Shown piece by piece: positions 21,200-27,998 of a DNA stretch of 64,000 nucleotides. The notes beneath the pieces are model-generated. The model saw only the letters and a program-made list of their open reading frames with translations. It did no database searches and was not told the origin of the DNA. The stretch is from Peptostreptococcaceae bacterium. Its GTDB lineage: Bacteria > Bacillota > Clostridia > Peptostreptococcales > Peptostreptococcaceae. The stretch covers positions 21,308 through 85,307 of the forward strand of contig JAVXJG010000002.1 of NCBI GenBank assembly GCA_036647935.1, given 5' to 3'. Within the stretch, counting starts at the first letter, position 1. Each line of letters starts with the position of its first letter. Position numbers and translations under genes: made by a program.

Positions 21200-21279
21200 A
21201 AAAATAAGTATAAACGAACTGCTGTTTGTCTATAATCCTAATAATATGTACTTAAAATTTTTAATAAAAGGTGATAAAA

Positions 21280-21708
21280 ATGAATAATGTTGTATTATTA
21301 GGAAGACTTACAAAAGACCCAGAATTAAGGTATGTAGGAAAGTCTCAAACACCAATGGTTAAATTTACACTAGCAGTAGAGAGAAAATACAAAAATAAAT
21401 ATGGAGTTAGAGATACTGATTTTATAAAAATAGAAGCTTGGGAGAAAAATGCAGAATTTTGTTCTAAGTATTTCAACAAAGGAAAGTTAATAGGTATTGA
21501 AGGTGCTTTAAGAGTTGATAAATATGAAACTGAAAATGGCGAAATTAAAATCGAGACAACTGTAAGAGCAACTGAATTTAATTTTATAAATATAGGAGCT
21601 AATTCAAATAAAGCATCACAAGATAATCCACAATATTATGATGCAACAGCATTGTTTGAAGAACATAGGGTTGATGTAGAGTTAGCTGAAGAAGATCTTC
21701 CTTTTTAA
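21280..21708 (+). CDS. ssb: single-stranded DNA-binding protein
   Basis: OB fold beginning MNNVVLLGRLTKDPELRY and an acidic C-terminal tip EEDLPF. AAAGGTGA RBS. Confidence 0.88.
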   Translation: MNNVVLLGRLTKDPELRYVGKSQTPMVKFTLAVERKYKNKYGVRDTDFIKIEAWEKNAEFCSKYFNKGKLIGIEGALRVDKYETENGEIKIETTVRATEFNFINIGANSNKASQDNPQYYDATALFEEHRVDVELAEEDLPF

Positions 21709-21723
21709 AATATAATAAAATTA

Positions 21724-21753
21724 GGGCTTAGTTAAAAAACTAGGTCTTTTTTT
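21724..21753 (+). terminator. probable rho-independent terminator
   Basis: GGCTTAGT-N7-ACTAGGTC stem (two G-U pairs) followed by T7. Confidence 0.5.
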
Positions 21754-21914
21754 GTTGGGAATTTATGTATATATATTCACCAATAAAAAGTAGAAATTAT
21801 ATAATATTAAGCAAGCTAAAAATAAGTATTATTATTGAAAAATACAAACCATTTTTAAAATAATAAATTTTAGCTTATTTACATTAAATATAGTTGGTTA
21901 AAACTGGTAAAAAT

Positions 21915-21954
21915 AATTAAATTAAGTTCGAACAACTTAAAACTTAATTTAATT
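21915..21954. repeat. perfect 14-bp inverted repeat, almost entirely A/T
   Basis: AATTAAATTAAGTT (21915-21928) and AACTTAATTTAATT (21941-21954) separated by 12 nt. The loop contains the GTTCGAAC palindrome. Confidence 0.8.
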
Positions 21955-22068
21955 AAATTTATGATATAAATATAACATATTGACTTTAATTTTTTATGTA
22001 CGTAAAGCATAACAAGTGTATAATATAAAGTATAGTATATAAAAAAGTTCGAAAAGGGGGAATTAGAG

Positions 22069-23337
22069 ATGCAAAAGAAAATATCATTAACAAGTAAAAT
22101 ATTATTAGGTCTATTATTAGGTTTTTTATTTGGACTTATATTAAAAGGATTACCTGGAGGATATATAAAAGATACAGTTTTATTAAATGGAATTATAAAA
22201 ATTACTGGCAATGGATTTACAGCAGCAATAAAGATGATGGTTGTACCACTAGTATTTGTATCATTAGTTTGTGGTTCATCTTCAATGGGGGATGTTAAAC
22301 AACTTGGGAGAATTGGTGGAAAAACAATGTTATTTTATCTAGGAACAACTGCAATAGCAATAATTATATCATTAACTTTGGGAAGTATTCTAAAACCTGG
22401 TATGGGTCTTGATATGAGTAGTGTAGTTGCAGGGGAAGTGGCAATAGGAGAATCAAAATCATTAGTTGAAATAATATTAAACATAATACCAACAAATCCT
22501 ATTGCATCATTAGCTAATGGAGATATGTTACAAGTTATATTCTTTGCTTTACTTATAGGAATTGCAATGAGTATGGTAGGAAAAAAATCAGAACCTGTTA
22601 GACTTATATTTGAAAGTGCAAATGAAATATGTATGAAGATGGTAAATATAATAATGTTATTTGCTCCATATGGAGTATTTGCATTAGTTACAAATACTTT
22701 TGCTACTGTAGGAACAGATGCAGTATTTGCATTATTAAAATATGTGTTAGTAGTATTACTTGGATTACTTATACACGTAACTATAGTGTATGGTGGATTA
22801 TTTAAAATATTTACAAAGCAAAGGATATCACCATTTATAAAAAAATTTACAAGCGTTGCAGCAATTACTTTTTCAACAGCATCAAGTAATGCATCTGTAC
22901 CAGCTAGTTTAGAGATAATGGAAGAATTAGGTGTTGGAAGAAGCACTAGATCATTTACAATACCTATGGGCGCAACAATAAATATGGATGGAACAGCTAT
23001 AATGCAAGGTATAGCAGCATTATTTATAGCTCAAATATATGGAATAGATTTAGGGATAAATGATATGATGACAATAGTTCTTACAGCTACATTAGCCTCT
23101 ATAGGTACAGCAGGTGTACCAGGAGTAGGAATGATAATGCTATCTATGGTTCTTCAATCAGTAGGTCTTCCACTAGAGGGAATTGGTCTTATAATGGGTG
23201 TTGAAAGAATAATAGATATGTTTAGAACTACAGTAAATGTTATGGGAGATAATATATGTACTCTTATAATAGCAAATAGTGAAAAAGATTTTGATTTAAA
23301 TATGTATAATAAAGAAACTAAAGAAGAAATAGCTTAA
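22069..23337 (+). CDS. dicarboxylate/amino acid:cation symporter (DAACS family)
   Basis: 422 aa polytopic protein. SDF-family motifs (FSTASSNASVPASLE, NMDGTAIMQG, VNVMGD). RBS AAGGGGGA. Confidence 0.88.
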   Translation: MQKKISLTSKILLGLLLGFLFGLILKGLPGGYIKDTVLLNGIIKITGNGFTAAIKMMVVPLVFVSLVCGSSSMGDVKQLGRIGGKTMLFYLGTTAIAIIISLTLGSILKPGMGLDMSSVVAGEVAIGESKSLVEIILNIIPTNPIASLANGDMLQVIFFALLIGIAMSMVGKKSEPVRLIFESANEICMKMVNIIMLFAPYGVFALVTNTFATVGTDAVFALLKYVLVVLLGLLIHVTIVYGGLFKIFTKQRISPFIKKFTSVAAITFSTASSNASVPASLEIMEELGVGRSTRSFTIPMGATINMDGTAIMQGIAALFIAQIYGIDLGINDMMTIVLTATLASIGTAGVPGVGMIMLSMVLQSVGLPLEGIGLIMGVERIIDMFRTTVNVMGDNICTLIIANSEKDFDLNMYNKETKEEIA

Positions 23338-23417
23338 AAGTTTATTAAGTGTTAATAAGATAGACTCATTGCAAATTTAATTGAATAGTAAGTTAAAAGA
23401 CAAAAGGGGTTGGTTTT

Positions 23418-23789
23418 ATGCAGCTAAAATTATTCAAAGGTGATTATGTAGTCTATAATTTAGAAAACAACTTAAACTCACCAATATTTGTAGATACTAA
23501 GAGTTTTTACTATATAACAAAAATAGAAGAAGAATTAAGTTTAATATGCTTAGATGAAGATATACCAAAAGAGGTTGACGGAGACGAAGAATGGAAATTA
23601 CTAAAGATACTAGAGCCATTAAATTTATATTTAGTAGGATTTTTATCTAAAATAGAGAAAGTATTAAAAGATCTAAGTATAAATATATTTGAAATATCAA
23701 CTCTTGATAGCGACTATATAATGGTGAAAAATAAAGATCTTGAATATGTATGTAAGACATTAAGGTCAAGAGGATACGAAATTGTATAA
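23418..23789 (+). CDS. ACT domain-containing protein (ACT_7/CASTOR-like)
   Basis: 123 aa. The pattern ...FYYITKIEEELSLICLDEDIP ... resembles ACT_7. This is a recollection-level match only. Confidence 0.5.
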   Translation: MQLKLFKGDYVVYNLENNLNSPIFVDTKSFYYITKIEEELSLICLDEDIPKEVDGDEEWKLLKILEPLNLYLVGFLSKIEKVLKDLSINIFEISTLDSDYIMVKNKDLEYVCKTLRSRGYEIV

Positions 23790-23802
23790 AATAGTAAAAC
23801 TT

Positions 23803-23847
23803 AAAGTAGGTATAAAGATTTTAGAAAATCTTTATACCTACTTTTTT
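23803..23847 (+). terminator. rho-independent terminator
   Basis: A ~19-bp stem, AAAGTAGGTATAAAGATTT / AAATCTTTATACCTACTTT, with a short loop, followed by T6. Confidence 0.9.
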
Positions 23848-23925
23848 GATTTTAACAATAATGAAATAAAATAAGCATATAAATTAGTATGGACAAAGTT
23901 AAAATATAAAACAAGGGGGATAAAA

Positions 23926-24996
23926 ATGAGTAAAGGAAGTAACTTTAATGAAATTATGAAGTTTGCAGGAACATATATATCTGTATGTATAGGTTCTGGA
24001 TTTGCAACGGGACAAGAAATAATTCAGTTTTTTTCTTCACATGGAGCTATAAGTATTTTAGCTAGTATATTTTGTATGGTGATACTAGCATATTGTGGTG
24101 CTAGTCTTTTAGAAATTGGAAAATCTGTAAGACTAAGATCTAGTAATGATATATTTAAATATTTATGTGGAGATAAAATAGGTCAGTTATTTAAAATATT
24201 TATGCCTATATTTTTCTTTTGTAGTTTTGTAGTTATGATATCAGGTGCAGGTGCAGCAATGAATCAATACTATGGGATAAGCAAAAATTTAGGAAGTATG
24301 ATATTAGTAATATTAGTACTTGGGTCAATATTATTAGGAATGAATAGATTAATAGATATTCTTGGAAATATTGGTCCTATGATTGTAATTGTATCAATAG
24401 GAATAGGGATAGTGACAATAGCAAGAAACTATGAGAGTTTAGTTAATGTAAATAAAATTATAGAGGGGATTAATATCACTAGAGCAACAGAAAATTGGTG
24501 GTTAATAGCTCCATTATATAGTGGATTAAATGTAATCGTAGTAACGCCTTTTTTAGTTGGAGTTGGAAAAACTGCTAAAAACAAGAAAAACTGTATATTA
24601 GGTGGAGTAATTGGAGGGGTGGCATTTATGCTTGCTGCTATAGTATTAAATATTGGTTTACTTTCAGATATACAAAATGTTTATATAAAAGAAATACCAA
24701 CACTATATATGGCAGATAAGATATCTCCAATTGTTGGGATGATATTCTCTGTTATGCTTATAGCTGGAATATACACTACCGCAGTTCCTCTACTTTGGAG
24801 TACTTGTTCAAGTTTTGCTAAGGAAAATACATATAAGTTTAGATATATGGCAGTAGGGTGTAGTGTACTAGGGTTTATAGGAGGGAGATTACCTTTTGCA
24901 ACCTTAGTCAATTTTATATATCCTATCTCGGGAGTAATGGGAGTTATAATTATTATAGGTATAATCTTAAGAAAAACAAAAATCATAGTAGATTAA
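23926..24996 (+). CDS. YkvI family membrane protein
   Basis: 356 aa with about 10 TM helices. N-terminal GSGFATGQEIIQFF is the YkvI-family signature. Confidence 0.65.
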   Translation: MSKGSNFNEIMKFAGTYISVCIGSGFATGQEIIQFFSSHGAISILASIFCMVILAYCGASLLEIGKSVRLRSSNDIFKYLCGDKIGQLFKIFMPIFFFCSFVVMISGAGAAMNQYYGISKNLGSMILVILVLGSILLGMNRLIDILGNIGPMIVIVSIGIGIVTIARNYESLVNVNKIIEGINITRATENWWLIAPLYSGLNVIVVTPFLVGVGKTAKNKKNCILGGVIGGVAFMLAAIVLNIGLLSDIQNVYIKEIPTLYMADKISPIVGMIFSVMLIAGIYTTAVPLLWSTCSSFAKENTYKFRYMAVGCSVLGFIGGRLPFATLVNFIYPISGVMGVIIIIGIILRKTKIIVD

Positions 24997-25004
24997 ATCA
25001 AGTA

Positions 25005-25042
25005 AAAAAGATGATTTCTTAAAAAACAGAAATCATCTTTTT
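25005..25042. terminator. bidirectional rho-independent terminator
   Basis: AAAAAGATGATTTCT-N8-AGAAATCATCTTTTT with A/T runs on both sides. Lies between convergent genes. Confidence 0.8.
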
Positions 25043-25431
25043 ATAACTAATCTCATTAGGAAAAATGCAGGAGGTGTAGAAATAATAGGTGCTAAAAATG
25101 GAGCTATTATTTCTCCTATTCCAAAAAAATTTACCATTATTATTATCACACCCATATTTAATAGATACTCACCAATATAAACAGCAACAGTCATATAAAA
25201 CTTTTTAGCTGAATAATCCTTATCTTTAAAAGTATATTTTGAATTAAAGAAGTAAGATGCAGTAATACTTACAATACTAGTAATAGTATATGCAACTATA
25301 TAATTTAGTTTAAATACTAGATACAGAGTAATGTAGAGTACTTGGGAAAGCAAAAAGTTAGTTATACCTACAATATTAAATTTTATATATTCCATAAGCT
25401 TACCTTTAAGATTTGGCATTTTTATAGTCAT
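25033..25431 (-). CDS. GtrA family membrane protein
   Basis: About 132 aa with 4 TM helices. YIKFNIVGITNFLLSQVLY... is a GtrA-like N-terminus. ATG 25431 is preferred because an AAGGAG RBS lies 9 nt upstream; the ORF-track start 25476 has no RBS. Confidence 0.7.
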   Translation of the reverse strand: MTIKMPNLKGKLMEYIKFNIVGITNFLLSQVLYITLYLVFKLNYIVAYTITSIVSITASYFFNSKYTFKDKDYSAKKFYMTVAVYIGEYLLNMGVIIIMVNFFGIGEIIAPFLAPIISTPPAFFLMRLVIKR

Positions 25432-25511
25432 AATATAAATCTCCTTAGTGGATGTAATTATTAATATTATGTTCAAATAAATCTAAATAAAATTGGAAAG
25501 ATTAAATTTAT

Positions 25512-25540
25512 TTGACTTAATAATCCTATTTTGATATTAT
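25512..25540 (+). promoter_or_regulatory. candidate sigma-A promoter
   Basis: TTGACT-17 nt-TATTAT, about 80 nt upstream of the 61-aa ORF. Confidence 0.5.
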
Positions 25541-25622
25541 AACACTATTAATTATAAGAAATTAAAAATTTGTAGATGTAAATTATGATATAAATATAAT
25601 GAATAGGAGATAATAATAGAAA

Positions 25623-25808
25623 ATGTTTGATGCAATAATGATAGGATTAGATATATCTCTAATTACGTATTTTTATAATATAGCTATAAATAGTACAGAA
25701 ATTAGTACAAGATTAATTAGTTGTCTAGCTATGACAGTGGAAGTATATTTTATAAGAAGGCATTTGAAAATGTTAAGACTTAATTATAAATCAAAAAAAG
25801 ATAAATAA
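25623..25808 (+). CDS. small hypothetical membrane protein (61 aa, basic tail)
   Basis: Hydrophobic N-terminal two-thirds and a C-terminal RRHLKMLRLNYKSKKDK tail. It has its own promoter candidate and its own GC-rich terminator. The RBS AGGAGA sits 13 nt upstream, which is rather far. Confidence 0.4.
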   Translation: MFDAIMIGLDISLITYFYNIAINSTEISTRLISCLAMTVEVYFIRRHLKMLRLNYKSKKDK

Positions 25809-25813
25809 TATAT

Positions 25814-25836
25814 GGCGCCTTGAAGGCGTCTTTTTA
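25814..25836 (+). terminator. rho-independent terminator
   Basis: GGCGCC-ttgaa-GGCGTC stem followed by T5. This is one of the few GC-rich hairpins in the window. Confidence 0.8.
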
Positions 25837-25924
25837 GATATAAGGGAATTTGAAATATTAGATTATCTATATTTGAATAAAAAGGATATAATATAAAATA
25901 TATACATAGTATAAGGAGAAAATT

Positions 25925-26794
25925 ATGACAAGACAAATAGAACTAGATTATTCATTTGGATATATTTATGACAAAAGTAAATTAATAGTAATGTATCCAG
26001 TAGGAACAAATGTAATGAGTGAAGAAGAATATGAAATGGAAGTGGAGGTAGCATTTTTAGAAGATGGTATAGAAGTAGCATTTGAAGAAAATGATATAAA
26101 CGAAGCTAATGAAGCTATGAAACCACTTCAAAACTTCCTAATGAAACCAAGTAAGATAATACCTTTTGTAACTAGTATAAAAGATAGTACTACTAAAGAA
26201 GAATTATCTAAATTAATGTGCGAATTTGATGAAGAATATGAAATAAAAGAAAATTACCTTAATAAAGGTTACGAAATAAAAGATGTATATCATGTTTTTG
26301 AAAATGTTGCAAAGTACATACCTAAGGAAAGCTTAGAAACTTTGAATATATTAAAAATAGAAAAAGATAAATTTGATATGGAAAGATTTATAAAACATAC
26401 AAAAGAAAACTTAGATGAAGTTTTAGATTCAAATTTAATTCCTGTAAATATGCTTAAGAGTAGTCTTACAAATAGACTTTTTGTAAGAAATGATAAGGAT
26501 ACACCTAGTGGAACATATGTAGTATTTGCTACACATAAAGGTTTGTCTAATGATGAAATACTTTGTGCAAATAAAGAAATTATAGTAGATGAAGAGGTTG
26601 ATTTAGCTGATTTAGAGATAAACAATATTAAAGATGCTGGATATATGATAGAGGAATTAAATGGAGAATACACATTTAAAATAGCAAATTACAATAGTCA
26701 AACAGAAAATAATAATCAAATAGCTCAAGTAGTAGATTATTGTGGAGTTTTAAAAATTATGATGATAAACTATGTAAATCAATTTATAAAATAA
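25925..26794 (+). CDS. hypothetical acidic cytoplasmic protein (289 aa)
   Basis: Strong RBS AAGGAGA 7 nt upstream and a long uninterrupted ORF. Very D/E-rich, with no TM helix or signal peptide. I recognise no family. Confidence 0.6.
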   Translation: MTRQIELDYSFGYIYDKSKLIVMYPVGTNVMSEEEYEMEVEVAFLEDGIEVAFEENDINEANEAMKPLQNFLMKPSKIIPFVTSIKDSTTKEELSKLMCEFDEEYEIKENYLNKGYEIKDVYHVFENVAKYIPKESLETLNILKIEKDKFDMERFIKHTKENLDEVLDSNLIPVNMLKSSLTNRLFVRNDKDTPSGTYVVFATHKGLSNDEILCANKEIIVDEEVDLADLEINNIKDAGYMIEELNGEYTFKIANYNSQTENNNQIAQVVDYCGVLKIMMINYVNQFIK

Positions 26795-26807
26795 AAGTTT
26801 AAATAAA

Positions 26808-26845
26808 AGAGTCTACCTAGAATTCAAAATTAGGGTAGACTTTTG
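26808..26845. terminator. bidirectional terminator
   Basis: AGTCTACCTA-N11-TAGGGTAGACT (one bulge) flanked by A and T runs. Lies between convergent genes. Confidence 0.65.
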
Positions 26846-26884
26846 TAATTTATGCGAATCAATTAATTTTTTATTATTAGGATA

Positions 26885-27229
26885 CTATCTGTTACCGTGG
26901 ACTAACAATAAATAAGTACTTCCAGCCAAAGGAGCATTATCACCGTCTACTCTACCAATAGGGCTATAATCTGTTTGGTGATTATGTATAAAACCTTGAG
27001 AACAAACCCTTCCAATAGGAGAATTATCAGTATAATGATTGTGTATAACACCGTCTAAGTCAACTCGACCAACAGGTGAATTGTCAATATAATGATTGTG
27101 TATAATATTATTATCATCTATTCTACCAATAGGACAATTGTGGTAAAGATGATTGTGAACTATATTATCAGAATCCAACCTTGCTACTGCTCTAAAATTA
27201 TAAGGGAAATTAAATATATTACTTATCAT
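26885..27229 (-). CDS. hypothetical His-rich tandem-repeat protein (4 x 19 aa)
   Basis: 114 aa. Residues 23-98 form four consecutive units with consensus phi-I-H-N-H-x-x-D-N-S-P-I-G-R-V-D-x-x-G. No signal peptide or TM helix. Confidence 0.6.
   Translation of the reverse strand: MISNIFNFPYNFRAVARLDSDNIVHNHLYHNCPIGRIDDNNIIHNHYIDNSPVGRVDLDGVIHNHYTDNSPIGRVCSQGFIHNHQTDYSPIGRVDGDNAPLAGSTYLLLVHGNR
26936..27193 (-). repeat. four (plus one degenerate partial) tandem 57-bp coding repeats
   Basis: On the + strand, CCAATAGG/CCAACAGG recurs at 26955, 27012, 27069 and 27126, an exact 57-nt period. Confidence 0.85.
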
Positions 27230-27281
27230 AAACTACACCAACCTTCTATTAAAATGATTTAGGAAAATGTTTTCTTAATTC

Positions 27282-27309
27282 TTGATATATTATAAATTCT
27301 ATATATAAA
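27282..27309 (+). promoter_or_regulatory. candidate sigma-A promoter upstream of the ECF sigma gene
   Basis: TTGATA-16 nt-TATAAA. AT-rich context, so this is weak evidence. Confidence 0.3.
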
Positions 27310-27447
27310 AACATATTCCTTCTATAAAAACACAAGAATACATAATACATACATTGTGGATTTTTAAAAGATAAATAAAAAATATAAAATAAATATGAGA
27401 GATATTAAAAAAATAAACGTAGTATAAAGTGAAAGGAGGTTAGTAGA

Positions 27448-27993
27448 ATGGACAATGAAATTATAAAATTAATTAAAAGTAAAGATCAAAAAGGCTTAGA
27501 CCTGCTAATAGATTTATACAGTAAAAATATTTACTATATAGTAGAAAGTATAATGAGAGGATATTGTAGTAAGGAAGATATAGAAGAATGTGTTAGTGAT
27601 GTATTTTTAAAAATTTGGGATGAAATAGATGAACTTGAGTATACAAAAGGGTCATTAAAAACTTTTATATTAATTAAAGCAAAATATAAAGCATTAGATT
27701 ATAAACGAAAAATAATAAATATAGAAAAAAAGAAACTAGTTTCTATAGATACATTTAATATTCTCGGGAAATATGATATAGAAGAAATGAATATAAAAGA
27801 AGAAAAATTAAAAAAACTTATAAATATAATAAAAGTCTTTAAAGAACCAGATAAAACATATTTTTATTTAAGGTATTTTATGGATTATGATATTAATTCT
27901 ATTGCAAATAAATTTAATGATACTAGAAGTGGTGTAGAAAATAGATTATATAGAAGTCGTTTAAAAGTGAAAAAATTGCTAGGAGAGGAGTAA
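27448..27993 (+). CDS. RNA polymerase sigma-70 family factor, ECF-like
   Basis: 181 aa. Region 2 (ECVSDVFLKIWDEIDEL ... LDYKRK) and a region 4 HTH (INSIANKFNDTRSGVENRLYRSRLKVKKLL). RBS AAGGAGG. Confidence 0.8.
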   Translation: MDNEIIKLIKSKDQKGLDLLIDLYSKNIYYIVESIMRGYCSKEDIEECVSDVFLKIWDEIDELEYTKGSLKTFILIKAKYKALDYKRKIINIEKKKLVSIDTFNILGKYDIEEMNIKEEKLKKLINIIKVFKEPDKTYFYLRYFMDYDINSIANKFNDTRSGVENRLYRSRLKVKKLLGEE

Positions 27994-27998
27994 ATCTT

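Noticed and set aside
21879-22211. A 110-aa minus-strand ORF in the long leader upstream of the DAACS gene.
   Set aside because: It overlaps the symporter start and RBS, has no RBS of its own, and has a low-complexity composition.
22335-22946. A 203-aa ORF antisense to the DAACS symporter. Similar antisense or shadow ORFs occur at 3240-3767, 7004-7372, 7977-8327, 26290-26673, 38222-38557, 49185-49499, 24681-24986 and elsewhere.
   Set aside because: All lie fully inside strongly supported genes on the other strand. They lack an RBS and have the low-complexity I/N/F/S-rich composition typical of reverse frames in AT-rich DNA.
26885-27229. Four 'HNH' tripeptides could suggest an HNH endonuclease.
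   Set aside because: The H-N-H triplets recur with an exact 19-aa period inside a short repeat. There is no beta-beta-alpha metal-finger spacing and no second conserved Asn/His or Cys pair at HNH-nuclease distances, and the protein is only 114 aa. This is a repeat motif, not an HNH domain.
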